A stretch of 64,000 nt of DNA. It comes from an uncultured Pelagibacteraceae bacterium (GTDB taxonomy: Bacteria > Pseudomonadota > Alphaproteobacteria > Pelagibacterales > Pelagibacteraceae). This document shows positions 19,689-30,164 of the stretch, in pieces (the stretch's first letter is position 1; every line of letters begins with the position of its first letter). Below the pieces are notes generated by a model, which made no database searches, was not told where the DNA came from, and saw nothing but the letters and a program-made list of their open reading frames with translations. Where the stretch lies: the NCBI GenBank assembly GCA_902528375.1, contig CABZSS010000004.1, forward strand, positions 8,326 through 72,325, written 5' to 3'. The position numbers and the translations under genes were made by a program.

Positions 19689-20804
19689 ATGAAAAACAAT
19701 TTAAACTCATTAGGAATTGATAAAAAAACAAAAGATACAGTCGTAGTTGTTGCGATGTCAGGAGGAGTAGATTCATCAACGGTTGCAGGATTGATGAAAA
19801 AAGAGGGTTATAAAGTAATTGGTATCACGCTCAAATTATATGATGATACTAAACAAGTCTCTCAATCGAAGCAATGTTGCGCTGGACAAGATATATTAGA
19901 TGCAAAAAGAGTTGCTCATAAATTAGATATTAATCACAAAATATTATATTATCAAAATAAATTCAAAGAGGGTGTAATTGACAATTTTGTAGAGAGTTAC
20001 TTAAAAGGTGAAACTCCAATACCGTGCATTCAGTGTAATCAAACAGTAAAATTTAAAGATCTTTTTATGGAGGCAAAAGATCTAAAAGCAGATGCATTGA
20101 TAACCGGTCATTATGTAAGATCGATATTTGATGGAAAAAAAAATGAAATGTATCGTGCAGAGGATCATAATAGGGATCAAAGCTATTTTCTATTCAATAC
20201 AAAGAGGGATCAGCTTAATTTTTTAAGATTTCCTTTGGGAAATTTACTAAAGGATGAGACACGAGAAATTGCAAAAAAACTCGATTTAAATGTAGCAGGT
20301 AAACCAGATAGTCAGGATATTTGTTTTGTTCCTAATGGTGATTATTCATCTGTAATTAAAAAATTTGAACCTAAAGCGTTTGTAAAAGGAAATATCAAAA
20401 ATATTGAGGGAAAAGTAATTGGGGTTCACGATGGAATAGTAAATTTTACAATTGGACAAAGAAAAGGCATTAAGGTTTCTGATAAAGATCCATTATATGT
20501 TATAGAAATTGATCCAAAGAACAATGAGATCATTGTAGGACCAAAAAAACACTTAGCAAAAAGAATTATTAATTTAGATAATCTTAATATCTTATGTGAA
20601 AATAACGAATTAAATGAACAAATTTATGTAAAAATTAGATCAACAGGAAAGTTAATTCCTTCGAAAGTTGAGTTATCAGGTTCAAAAGCTAAAGTAAATC
20701 TAATGGAGCATGAGTTTGGTGTTTCACCAGGTCAAGCATGTGTTTTTTATCAAAAGAATAAAAATGGTTATAAAGTTTTAGGCGGTGGCTGGATAAAAAA
20801 CTAA
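19689..20804 (+). CDS. mnmA: tRNA-specific 2-thiouridylase
   Basis: [46 protein letters not shown]. Confidence 0.97.
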   Translation: MKNNLNSLGIDKKTKDTVVVVAMSGGVDSSTVAGLMKKEGYKVIGITLKLYDDTKQVSQSKQCCAGQDILDAKRVAHKLDINHKILYYQNKFKEGVIDNFVESYLKGETPIPCIQCNQTVKFKDLFMEAKDLKADALITGHYVRSIFDGKKNEMYRAEDHNRDQSYFLFNTKRDQLNFLRFPLGNLLKDETREIAKKLDLNVAGKPDSQDICFVPNGDYSSVIKKFEPKAFVKGNIKNIEGKVIGVHDGIVNFTIGQRKGIKVSDKDPLYVIEIDPKNNEIIVGPKKHLAKRIINLDNLNILCENNELNEQIYVKIRSTGKLIPSKVELSGSKAKVNLMEHEFGVSPGQACVFYQKNKNGYKVLGGGWIKN

Positions 20805-21493
20805 TTACTCTTTTTTCTCCATAAAAAAAAAGTAAATATATAAAAAGTAATAACCCCTAAAAAATAATCCCATTCTAATGCATGTTTTAAATGTTTGTTA
20901 CCTGGCATACTTACTAAAGGTAAGGCAAGAATACCTACAAAAATTAAAATTGATACTAAAACAGCCTTACATTTGAGGTATGTTTCATTAATAAATGATT
21001 TAAGTTTTGATTTAACAGAGTAAAAAATTAAAACAAAATAAGTTTGTGCGGCTATCTCAAATATAATAAATGCTAACATTATTACACGTCTAAAAAGTTT
21101 GTACGCGTCAATATCAAACTTTATGCCTAAAAAAATTGAATGAATTACAAGACAGATTGCAGATCCAATTCCAAAGAAAAGCATTTTTTTTAAATATTTA
21201 TGATTTCCATGAATATTAAGTATAATTTGTTTATTGTAGATCCAATATTTGATTAATAAATAAGCAGTTAAAAACATAGCAGGCTTAAAAACTAAATAAG
21301 TTGGAAAGTATCTCGCTGTTCTACTAATAGAGGCCCCACCATCTACATAGGGAAATGTGAAGTGTATTATATTTTCTTTATTGGGAAAAAGGTCGTGAAA
21401 TTGGGTAATTAAAATTAAACAGGTATTTATAGCTACAAACGGAACTACAAAAATCCAAATACTTAAGGCCTTAACCTTTTTAATATTATCCAT
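20801..21493 (-). CDS. Hypothetical membrane protein (about 6 TM)
   Basis: Alternating hydrophobic segments; [14 protein letters not shown] loop. Confidence 0.7.
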   Translation of the reverse strand: MDNIKKVKALSIWIFVVPFVAINTCLILITQFHDLFPNKENIIHFTFPYVDGGASISRTARYFPTYLVFKPAMFLTAYLLIKYWIYNKQIILNIHGNHKYLKKMLFFGIGSAICLVIHSIFLGIKFDIDAYKLFRRVIMLAFIIFEIAAQTYFVLIFYSVKSKLKSFINETYLKCKAVLVSILIFVGILALPLVSMPGNKHLKHALEWDYFLGVITFYIFTFFLWRKKSN

Positions 21494-21504
21494 TTTGAGC
21501 AGAA

Positions 21505-21588
21505 TTATTTCTTTTTATTTTTTTTTCTCGCTCTTCTTTTTTTTGAGCCCATTTTTCTTCGGCCTCTGTGTTTCTTTGGATAACCCAT
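21505..21588 (-). CDS. Tiny Lys/Arg-rich peptide (27 aa), not in ORF track
   Basis: MGYPKKHRGRRKMGSKKRRARKKNKKK; AGGAG SD 6 nt upstream of the ATG. Confidence 0.65.
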   Translation of the reverse strand: MGYPKKHRGRRKMGSKKRRARKKNKKK

Positions 21589-21663
21589 CATTTTCTCCTG
21601 TTTATTATTTTATTGACTTATATATGGGATATAGCATTGTCCCAATAAGTATTCAATTTTTTA

Positions 21664-22836
21664 ATGAGCTACTCTTTTAAAACATTTTTGAAACACACTG
21701 CTAAAGATTTTCATAATCAGTCAGTAAATCCACCTGTTGTACGCGCATCAACAATTATTTTTAAATCTATGCAGGATATTAGAAAAACTCAAAAGAAAAA
21801 TATAAAAGATCCAACTGGTGGCCACCATGATTATGGAAGACAAGGAACATCAACGACACACACTCTATCAAAAATTTTAACAAAACTGGAAGAGTCTTAT
21901 CATGTTTTTCTAACACCAACTGGGTTTGGTTCTGTCTTTTTAGCAATATTTAGTATTGTAAGACCAGATGATGAAATAATAGTTGCAGATCCTGTTTATA
22001 GCCCAACTCGATTATTAACAAAAGACTATTTAAAAGAGTTTAATATCAAAACGAAATTTTATAATCCACATGACTTGAATACAATTAAAAAGAATATAAA
22101 TAAAAAAACAAAACTTATATTTGTTGAGTGCCCAGGCAGTAATACATTTGAGTTTCAAGACTTATTAAAAATAGTTTCTATAGCAAAAAAAAATAAGATT
22201 TTTACAGCAATTGATAATACGTGGGGAACACCATATTTTCTTAAGCCAATAAAGTTAGGTTTTGACATGTCCATTGTCTCAGCTACTAAGTATTATTCCG
22301 GACACTCTGATGTAATGGGTGGTAGTTTAGCAGTAAACAAAAAAGTTTTCAAAAAAGTTAGATTGGCTGAAAAAATAACTGGACTTAGAATGGGACCAGA
22401 CGATGCTTACTTAGTAACTAGAGGTTTAAGAACTTTAGATGTAAGATTGGATAGACATCAATCGAATGCCATGAAAGTTGCAAGTTTTTTAGCTAAACAT
22501 AAAAAAATTCAACTTTTATATCCATTTAAAAAAGGCTCCTTAGATTACAACCTTTGGAGAAAATATTATAAAGGGGCATCTGGTTTAATGGGTTTAAAAA
22601 TTAAATCGAAAAAAAAGAATGTGATAAAATTTGTAAATTCTCTTAAATTATTTGGATATGGATATAGTTGGGGAGGTTTTGAAAGTTTGGCATTACATCA
22701 GGAAATAAAAGAACAAGGTAATAGATTTTACTTAAAATTATCAAAAGATGAGCATTTAGTAAGACTTCATATTGGTTTAGAGGATCCAAAAGATTTGATT
22801 GAAGATTTAAGGAGATCCCTTAAATTCATCAAATGA
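21664..22836 (+). CDS. metC: Cystathionine beta-lyase (Cys/Met PLP enzyme)
   Basis: VNPPVVRASTI, YGRQGT, DNTW, SATKYYSGHSD, GYSWGGFESL, RLHIGLED. Confidence 0.9.
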   Translation: MSYSFKTFLKHTAKDFHNQSVNPPVVRASTIIFKSMQDIRKTQKKNIKDPTGGHHDYGRQGTSTTHTLSKILTKLEESYHVFLTPTGFGSVFLAIFSIVRPDDEIIVADPVYSPTRLLTKDYLKEFNIKTKFYNPHDLNTIKKNINKKTKLIFVECPGSNTFEFQDLLKIVSIAKKNKIFTAIDNTWGTPYFLKPIKLGFDMSIVSATKYYSGHSDVMGGSLAVNKKVFKKVRLAEKITGLRMGPDDAYLVTRGLRTLDVRLDRHQSNAMKVASFLAKHKKIQLLYPFKKGSLDYNLWRKYYKGASGLMGLKIKSKKKNVIKFVNSLKLFGYGYSWGGFESLALHQEIKEQGNRFYLKLSKDEHLVRLHIGLEDPKDLIEDLRRSLKFIK

Positions 22837-24053
22837 GATCTGAAAAATTTATTCAAAATAACCTAGCTCTCACCACCTTAATTTGTGCATGCGCAGTTGT
22901 TTTAATATCTCTTAGTGTGAGACAAGTATTTGGAATGTTTTTCATTGACTTCAACAATGATCTAGGAATTTCAAGCACTGAATTTGGTTTAGCAATAGGT
23001 ATACAAATGCTTGGTTGGGGTCTGTCAGGACCAATTTTCGGTATTCTCGCTGATAAATACGGGGGCCATAAATCAATAATTCTTGCATTTCTTTTTTATA
23101 TTTTAGGTGTTTATTTTTTATATACAGGTCCTAATACAGGAATTTATTTTCAAATAAGTTTAGGAGTTTTAATCGGTATCGGTTGTGGTGGAACAGCAAT
23201 AAGTATTCCAATGTCAATTGTTGGAAAGCATTTTCCCTTATCTAACAGGACAATTGCAATGAGTATCGTAACAGCTGTAGGATCTTTCGGTTATTTTATA
23301 TCACCACTTTTTACCAATTACTCTTTACAAACCAATGGATGGGTTAACACTCTTTTTTACTTTATGATATTTCTTTTCATCGGTTTATCATTTGCCTATT
23401 TCGTCAGATCTCCAAAAATAAATGAAATTAAAGAAACTAAAAACGAGCAAGGGTCATTAGATGCACTTAAAGAAGCATTCCAAAATAAAAGCTATGTCTT
23501 ATTAGTTTCAGGTTTTTTCGTTTGTGGTTTTCATATTACATTAGTTGGAACCCATGTACCTAAATATGTGATTGACAGAGGTCTAGATGATTGGACCGCT
23601 GCTATGATTTTATCTTTAATTGGTTTTTTTAATATTATTGGTTCATTATTAAGTGGATATTTATCCACTAAGATGAGTAAGAAAATTATCTTAAGCTCTA
23701 TCTATTTTTTAAGAGGAGTTTCAATTTGTTTATTCATCTTTTTGCCTCCAAGTAATATTTCTTCAATAATATTTGGTGCAAGTTTTGGTTTTTTATGGCT
23801 ATCGACTGTTCCAGCTACTAGTGGAATCGTTGCACATATTTTCGGAACCAAATATCTTGGCCTTTTGTATGGTCTAGTTTTTTTAAGTCATCAATTAGGA
23901 TCTTTTTTTGGTGCCTATCTTGGTGGATTATTCTATGACATATATGGCTCCTTTGACTATGCGTGGTATTTAGCAATTGCATTATCAGTTTTTGCAGGCT
24001 TAATACACTTACCAATTAAAGAGCAAGCAATTGATAGATTACAAAAAGCATAA
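22833..24053 (+). CDS. MFS transporter
   Basis: About 12 TM; GILADKYG, GFFVCGFH, LWLSTVP, SHQLGSFFG. Confidence 0.9.
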   Translation: MRSEKFIQNNLALTTLICACAVVLISLSVRQVFGMFFIDFNNDLGISSTEFGLAIGIQMLGWGLSGPIFGILADKYGGHKSIILAFLFYILGVYFLYTGPNTGIYFQISLGVLIGIGCGGTAISIPMSIVGKHFPLSNRTIAMSIVTAVGSFGYFISPLFTNYSLQTNGWVNTLFYFMIFLFIGLSFAYFVRSPKINEIKETKNEQGSLDALKEAFQNKSYVLLVSGFFVCGFHITLVGTHVPKYVIDRGLDDWTAAMILSLIGFFNIIGSLLSGYLSTKMSKKIILSSIYFLRGVSICLFIFLPPSNISSIIFGASFGFLWLSTVPATSGIVAHIFGTKYLGLLYGLVFLSHQLGSFFGAYLGGLFYDIYGSFDYAWYLAIALSVFAGLIHLPIKEQAIDRLQKA

Positions 24054-25245
24054 ATCAAATTTTAGTCCTTATCTGGAGAAATTATATCAATCAGATAAAC
24101 CTATGATCATCTATAAATATAAAGATGGATATAAAATATTTACAGATTTTTCAAAGAGAATAGTACTCAACAACTCAAATATAAAAAAGTTTTTAAACAA
24201 TATAACAAAAAAAAAATTTAAAAGAGAACAAGACTTATATATAGGTTTTTTTGGTTACGAAATATTATGCAACTTGCTTAATATTAGGATTAAAAATCAA
24301 AAAAAGAATGGATTTTATAAGGGTCTTTTCTATAAACCTGAAACTATAATTGATTTATCAAAAAAAATTAAAATATCTTCAACACTTAAAAACCAGAATT
24401 TTAATTACCGTTTTAATCAAACCAAAATATTAAAACCATTTAAGGTTAATATTAATTTTAAAAAATACAAAAAAATCTTCAATCTTTTTTCAAAAAAAAT
24501 TAGGGCAGGTGAGACTTATCAAATTAAAATTTGTACAAAGTATAAAAATAAATCCGAAATAGACCCAGTAAGTTTTTTTTGGAAATTAATGAGTGTAAAC
24601 TCCTCCCCAGAGTCCTTTATGATTAGAGACAAGAATTACTCTATTGTTAGTTGTTCTCCTGAAACTTTGATAGAAAAAAAAGGATTGTGTGTAACAACAA
24701 AACCAATAGCTGGAACTCTAAAAAAAAATAAAAATTTAAATAAATCTAAAGCTCTCAGTTTCTTTAAGAATAACAATAAAGAGACAAAAGAACATAACAT
24801 GATCGTAGATATGGAGAGAAATGATTTATCGAAAATTTGTAAACCAGGAACAGTAGTAATCAAAAAAAAAAAGTATGTAGAGGAGTATAAACATTTGTAT
24901 CACTACGTATCTACAATAGAGGGTATGTTGAAAAATAATATCAATCTTAAAGATATTATTAAATCTATGATGCCTGGTGGGTCTGTTATAGGATGTCCAA
25001 AAATAAGAACACTCCAATTGTTAAATAGCCAAGAAAAAGAGGGACGAAATATTTTTACAGGAAGTTTCGGATTTATTAAGTTTAATATGGATATGCGGTT
25101 TAACATAATAATAAGATCAATCTTAAATTACAAAAATGTTTCAGAGATATCAGCAGCCTCAGGCGTTGTATTGGATAGCTCCTCAAAAAAAGAATTTAGT
25201 GAAAATTATATTAAAGCAAAATCATTATTAGAATTATTTAAATGA
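24031..25245 (+). CDS. pabB: Aminodeoxychorismate synthase component I (chorismate-binding)
   Basis: GETYQ, SCSPE, KPIAGT, EHNMIVDMERNDL, PGGSVIGCPK; clustered with pabA and pabC homologs. Confidence 0.8.
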   Translation: MIDYKKHKSNFSPYLEKLYQSDKPMIIYKYKDGYKIFTDFSKRIVLNNSNIKKFLNNITKKKFKREQDLYIGFFGYEILCNLLNIRIKNQKKNGFYKGLFYKPETIIDLSKKIKISSTLKNQNFNYRFNQTKILKPFKVNINFKKYKKIFNLFSKKIRAGETYQIKICTKYKNKSEIDPVSFFWKLMSVNSSPESFMIRDKNYSIVSCSPETLIEKKGLCVTTKPIAGTLKKNKNLNKSKALSFFKNNNKETKEHNMIVDMERNDLSKICKPGTVVIKKKKYVEEYKHLYHYVSTIEGMLKNNINLKDIIKSMMPGGSVIGCPKIRTLQLLNSQEKEGRNIFTGSFGFIKFNMDMRFNIIIRSILNYKNVSEISAASGVVLDSSSKKEFSENYIKAKSLLELFK

Positions 25246-25802
25246 TATATATTATTGATCACCAAGACTCTTTTACATGGAATGTAGTTCATCAATTTTC
25301 TCAATTCGATAAAGTGCATTGTTCTGATTATTTTGACATAAATAAAAAGTTTCTTAATAAATCAGATGTGATAGTTTTTTCTCCAGGTCCTGGTTCTCCA
25401 AAAGATTATCCAGAAACTTCAAAAATTTATAAAAAATATAAAGGTTTAAAAAAAATGATTGGTATATGTTTAGGATTTCAGTTGATATTATATAATGAAG
25501 GTGGAAAAATCAGACAACAAAACAAAATTTACCATGGATATCAATCAAAAATTAAAGTTAATGGAAAAAGCAAAATTTTTAAAAAGAATAAAGTTTTTAA
25601 TATTGGAAGATATCATTCGTTGAAGTTAAATGAGCCATATTTTTCAAAAAATCTTAATATTACAATGCGATGTACAAAAACTAATACAGCGATGGCTTTT
25701 GAAGATAATTTAAATAAAATTTATGGATTTCAATTTCACCCTGATTCATTCTTAACTGAAAATGGCAACTTTTTTATTAAAAAAATCTTATCAAGTAAGT
25801 AA
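25242..25802 (+). CDS. pabA: Glutamine amidotransferase component II
   Basis: IDHQDSFTWN, SPGPGSP, GICLGFQ, RYHSL, QFHPDS. Confidence 0.8.
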   Translation: MIYIIDHQDSFTWNVVHQFSQFDKVHCSDYFDINKKFLNKSDVIVFSPGPGSPKDYPETSKIYKKYKGLKKMIGICLGFQLILYNEGGKIRQQNKIYHGYQSKIKVNGKSKIFKKNKVFNIGRYHSLKLNEPYFSKNLNITMRCTKTNTAMAFEDNLNKIYGFQFHPDSFLTENGNFFIKKILSSK

Positions 25803-26502
25803 TCAAAAAGAAATAGGATTTAAAGATTTATGGGGATCTCACGGAGTCTTTACAACTATAAGACTTTTAGGACAACCTGGTAAGCTTGTTTTCTTTAAAA
25901 GCCACTTTAAGGGATTAATTAAATCTCTTAAAAAATATAAGATTCATTCAAAAAATATTGAGAAAAATATTAAAAATTTAATCTATTCAAGCATTGATAA
26001 GAATATTAATTATGACCACTTACTCCGAGTTGCTTTGACAAATAAAATTCTGTCAATTTCTATCCGCAAAAGACTTAAACCTAAAAAAAATTTTGAACTT
26101 AAACTAATAAACTACAGACGAATTGATCCTGAAACAAAAAATCTTTATTATAAAAAGATTTTAAAAGAATTGAGTAAATATGACCCAAGTAAAACCGATA
26201 TAGCATTAGTCTATAGGGGAAAAATATTAGAAACTTGCACTTCAAATATTTTATTATTTAAAAATAAAAAATATTTTTCACCAAAAAATGATTGTTATAT
26301 CGGAAATACAATTAACTATTTAAAAAGCAAAATTAAGATTTCTTTTAAGGATATTTATTATAAAGATTTGAAAAAATTTGATGAGATAATGTTAATAGGT
26401 TCGGGAAAAGGTATAACACCTATTAAATATATTAAAGAGATCAATTGGAAGAATAAAAATAATTTTGGATATCGAAAAGTGAACAAACATTTGAATTTTT
26501 AA
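25762..26502 (+). CDS. pabC: Aminotransferase class IV / aminodeoxychorismate lyase-like
   Basis: GVFTTIR, KNLYY, ETCTSNI; follows pabB-pabA. Confidence 0.65.
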   Translation: MATFLLKKSYQVSNQKEIGFKDLWGSHGVFTTIRLLGQPGKLVFFKSHFKGLIKSLKKYKIHSKNIEKNIKNLIYSSIDKNINYDHLLRVALTNKILSISIRKRLKPKKNFELKLINYRRIDPETKNLYYKKILKELSKYDPSKTDIALVYRGKILETCTSNILLFKNKKYFSPKNDCYIGNTINYLKSKIKISFKDIYYKDLKKFDEIMLIGSGKGITPIKYIKEINWKNKNNFGYRKVNKHLNF

Positions 26503-26507
26503 TTGTT

Positions 26508-26912
26508 ATGAATAATCCAAACAATCCTTGTATATTCTGTAAAGTTAATCATAAAGAATTAATATTTGAAAATGATTACGCATATGCTTCCTTTGATAGT
26601 TATCCTGTTTCACAGTTACACTCATTGGTTGTTCCAAAGAGATGTATAGAAAATTATTTTGAATTAGACGAAAAAGAAATTTTAGCTTGTAATGACCTTA
26701 TTAAAAAATTACAAAAAAAAATAATGTCAGAGGATAAATCAGTAGAGGGATTTAATATAGGAACAAATGCTGGAAATGTTGCAGGCCAATCTATTTTTCA
26801 TTGCCATATACATGTGATTCCAAGAAGAAAAGGGGATGTAGATAATCCACAAGGTGGAGTTAGAAGCGTTATACCTTCAAAACAACATTATACTCGAAAA
26901 ATTAAAAAATAA
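26508..26912 (+). CDS. HIT-family nucleotide hydrolase
   Basis: CIFC, DSYPVS..HSLVVPKR, FNIGTNAG..AGQSIFHCHIHVIPR (HxHxH triad). Confidence 0.92.
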   Translation: MNNPNNPCIFCKVNHKELIFENDYAYASFDSYPVSQLHSLVVPKRCIENYFELDEKEILACNDLIKKLQKKIMSEDKSVEGFNIGTNAGNVAGQSIFHCHIHVIPRRKGDVDNPQGGVRSVIPSKQHYTRKIKK

Positions 26913-26998
26913 TGTTCTTATTGGGCAAATAGTGCGCTTTAATCACTGTTGAACTATTTTTTGTAGTATACTAAAAATAATGAAAATTTTATAAAAAT

Positions 26999-27787
26999 AT
27001 GTTTACAACCAATCCATTCTCAACTTTAGCTGAAACAATTCCAATGATAGCAATTCAATCTTTTGTAATCATTATGGTTGGTTTAATTATTTTAGGGACA
27101 GTAATGGATATGATTCATAAAAAAAATGTTAAATATTTTTTTAATAATGCGAAAAAAGCAAAAAAATCAGCCAAAAGAGAATTGGGCACAGGTGAAAGGT
27201 TAGCAGTTATTGGTAAAACAATAATTCATGATATTGGAACCACAGCCGAGCTTGGTTGGGGTAAAAGAAGAATCGCACATGTCTTAGGAATGTATGGAAC
27301 AATCCTTTTTTGGATTGGTTCTGCTGCAATGATATTTTTTTATACCGATTCTCAAACTCCAAACGTTTGGCCAATTCTTTGGCATGTTGGAGCAATAATG
27401 ACTTGTTTAGGTGGATATTGGTTTTGGCTTTTTTTAAGAGTAGATGTTGCAGCTGAAGCAAATTCAGTATTTAGAATTATAACTGCGGATTTATTTGTGT
27501 TAGCACTCTTAGCTTCTGCTACTTTTGGTTTAATTTGGTCTTACTTACAGTTTAATCAAATGGTTGGATGGGACACTTTATTTCTAGTGCTTTTTGGGGT
27601 TTCAAATATAGTTTTATTCGGAGGCGTATACTGGTCTAAGTTCGCTCATATGTTCTACAAACCTGGAGCAGCGATACAAAAAAATTTAGCTGAGGCTGAT
27701 GGTTCAAGAGATAATCTTCCCCCACCAGCAGATGCACCAGAACAGTTTGGGCTTGGCATAAAAAGAGAAGAGCCAAAACACTATTAA
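26999..27787 (+). CDS. aprM: APS reductase membrane anchor
   Basis: Multi-TM; DMIHKK, AHVLGMYG, WFWLFLRVDV, WSKFAHMFYKP; directly upstream of aprBA. Confidence 0.9.
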   Translation: MFTTNPFSTLAETIPMIAIQSFVIIMVGLIILGTVMDMIHKKNVKYFFNNAKKAKKSAKRELGTGERLAVIGKTIIHDIGTTAELGWGKRRIAHVLGMYGTILFWIGSAAMIFFYTDSQTPNVWPILWHVGAIMTCLGGYWFWLFLRVDVAAEANSVFRIITADLFVLALLASATFGLIWSYLQFNQMVGWDTLFLVLFGVSNIVLFGGVYWSKFAHMFYKPGAAIQKNLAEADGSRDNLPPPADAPEQFGLGIKREEPKHY

Positions 27788-27818
27788 TATGTTAGAATAA
27801 AAAAAGGAGATAAAATAA

Positions 27819-28289
27819 ATGTCAACATTTGTATACATGACTAGGTGCGATGGTTGTGGCCATTGTGTAGATATCTGTCCTTCAGATATCATGCACATTG
27901 ATAAAAATATTAGAAGAGCAAAAAACATTGAGCCAAATTTTTGTTGGGAATGTTATTCTTGTGTTAAAGCTTGTCCTAATCATGCGATAGATGTAAGAGG
28001 CTATGCTGACTTTGCTCCAATGGGTCATAGTGTAAGAGTTAGAAGAGAAGAAGAAAAAGGAACGATTTCTTGGAAAATAAAATTCAGAAATGGAACAGAA
28101 AAAGATTTTGTATCTCCGATAACAACAAAGCCATGGGGAAAATTCATTCCAAAACTTGCTGATGGTGATAAACCTAATCAAGGAGAAATTAATTCTCAAA
28201 TACTTTATAATGAACCTCACGGTTTAAATACTGACAAAGATCTTCCAACTTTAGATAAGAATTCCTTTAAAAAAGGAGTTTATTATTAA
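27819..28289 (+). CDS. aprB: Adenylyl-sulfate reductase beta subunit
   Basis: TFVYMTRCDGCGHCVDICPSDIMH, CWECYSCVKACP. Confidence 0.96.
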   Translation: MSTFVYMTRCDGCGHCVDICPSDIMHIDKNIRRAKNIEPNFCWECYSCVKACPNHAIDVRGYADFAPMGHSVRVRREEEKGTISWKIKFRNGTEKDFVSPITTKPWGKFIPKLADGDKPNQGEINSQILYNEPHGLNTDKDLPTLDKNSFKKGVYY

Positions 28290-30148
28290 TGTCTAAGAAT
28301 AAAACTGTCTTTGAAGATTGCGATGTACTAGTTGTTGGCGGTGGTATGGCCGGTACTGGTGCTACTTTTGAAGCAAGACACTGGGGAAGAAATTTAAAAA
28401 TCATTTGTGTTGAAAAAGCAAACATTGATAGAAGTGGTGCCGTAGCTCAAGGTCTTTATGCGATTAACTGTTATATGGGAATGCAGTGGGGGGAAAACCA
28501 GCCCGAAGATCATGTGAGATACGCTAGAAATGATTTAATGGGATTAGTTAGAGAAGACTTAGGTTACGACATGGCAAGACACGTTGACTCAACAGTTCAT
28601 ATGTTTGATGAGTGGGGATTGCCTATGATGAAAAATAAAGAGACTGGCAGATACCAAAGAGAAGGTAAGTGGCAAATAATGATTCACGGTGAAAGTTATA
28701 AGCCAATCGTTGCTGAAGCTGCAAAAAAGTCAGCTGATAAAATTTACAATAGAATAATGATAACTCATCTTCTTAAAGATGAAGAAAATGAAAACAGAGT
28801 CGCTGGAGCAGTTGGTTTTAATATGAGAACTGGTGACTATCATGTATTCAAAGCTAAAGCAGTAATTATAGCTGCAGGCGGAGCTTCACATATATTTAAG
28901 CCCAGAGCAGTTGGTGAAGGTATGGGAAGAACTTGGTATGCACCATGGAGTAACGGCTCTGCTTACGCATTACCGATAGCAGCTGGTGCAAAGATGACAC
29001 AAATGGAAAATAGAATTGTACTTTGTAGATTTAAAGATGGTTATGGTCCAGTTGGTGCGTATTTTTTACATTTAAAAACTTACACACAAAATGCCAACGG
29101 GGAGAATTATGAAAAGAAATGGTACGATGCTACAAAAAAACTCGTTGGTGAATATATAGATCATCATCCAACTCCAACTTGCTTAAGAAATCATGCGTTT
29201 ATTCAAGAGGTAGCAGCAGGTGGAGGACCAATCCACATGGTAACTAAAGAAGCTTTTCAAGATCCTCATTTAGAAACTGTTGGCTGGGAAAACTTTTTAG
29301 GTATGACAGTAGGGCAAGCAGTCGTTTGGGCGTCGCAAAATATTGACCCAAAATATACAAATCCAGAATTAACAACTTCAGAACCGTATGTTATGGGATC
29401 ACATGCTACATGCTCAGGAGCGTGGGTAAGTGGTCCGGAAGACATTGCACCTGATGATTATTTTTGGGGTTATAACAGAATGATGTCTGTAGAAGGTTTA
29501 TTTGGAGCAGGTGATACTGTAGGAGGAAGTGCTCATAAATTTTCATCTGGCTCTTTCACTGAGGGTAGACTAGCCGCAAAAGCTGCTGTTAAATATATTG
29601 AAGATAAAAAAGCAAACAATATTAAAGTAAGTGAAAATCAATATAACAATTTAAAAGAGGTAATTTACAAACCTTTAGAAAATTATACAGTTGGAAGAAA
29701 CGAAATAACTGGTGGTACGGTTTCACCAAGTTATATTTCACCTATACAAGGTTTACAAAGACTTCAAAAAATCATGGATGAATATTGTGGTGGTATCACT
29801 AACAATTATATGACAAATGATAATCTTCTTAAAAAAGGTTTAGAATTACTTGATTGGCTTCAAGAAGACCTAGAAAATGTAGGTGCCGAGGATTATCATC
29901 AGTTAATGAGAGCTTGGGAGCTAAAACACAGAGCTTTAACATCTCAATGTGTTACTGAGCATACTTTATTTAGAGAAGAAACGCGTTGGCCAGGATATTA
30001 TTATAGAGGCGACCATATGAAATTAGATGATGAAAATTGGCATTGTTTAACTGTATCAAGACGAGATCCCGAAACAGGTAAATTTACTATGGAAAAAAAA
30101 CCTGTCTATCACATAGTAGACGATAAAGAGAAAAAAAAGGCATCTTAA
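28289..30148 (+). CDS. aprA: Adenylyl-sulfate reductase alpha subunit
   Basis: RSGAVAQGLYAIN, DLMGLVREDL, GKWQIMIHGESYK, RFKDGYGPVGA, HKFSSGS. Confidence 0.97.
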   Translation: MSKNKTVFEDCDVLVVGGGMAGTGATFEARHWGRNLKIICVEKANIDRSGAVAQGLYAINCYMGMQWGENQPEDHVRYARNDLMGLVREDLGYDMARHVDSTVHMFDEWGLPMMKNKETGRYQREGKWQIMIHGESYKPIVAEAAKKSADKIYNRIMITHLLKDEENENRVAGAVGFNMRTGDYHVFKAKAVIIAAGGASHIFKPRAVGEGMGRTWYAPWSNGSAYALPIAAGAKMTQMENRIVLCRFKDGYGPVGAYFLHLKTYTQNANGENYEKKWYDATKKLVGEYIDHHPTPTCLRNHAFIQEVAAGGGPIHMVTKEAFQDPHLETVGWENFLGMTVGQAVVWASQNIDPKYTNPELTTSEPYVMGSHATCSGAWVSGPEDIAPDDYFWGYNRMMSVEGLFGAGDTVGGSAHKFSSGSFTEGRLAAKAAVKYIEDKKANNIKVSENQYNNLKEVIYKPLENYTVGRNEITGGTVSPSYISPIQGLQRLQKIMDEYCGGITNNYMTNDNLLKKGLELLDWLQEDLENVGAEDYHQLMRAWELKHRALTSQCVTEHTLFREETRWPGYYYRGDHMKLDDENWHCLTVSRRDPETGKFTMEKKPVYHIVDDKEKKKAS

Positions 30149-30164
30149 AAAGGACTTCTTAATT

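Noticed and set aside
21495-21680. 61-aa Phe-rich plus-strand ORF
   Set aside because: It is the reverse complement of the Lys/Arg-rich peptide gene, which has the SD; poly-Phe mirrors poly-Lys.
26999-30148. Dissimilatory sulfate reduction
   Set aside because: The AprM anchor marks the oxidative lineage, and no sat, qmo or dsr genes are seen.
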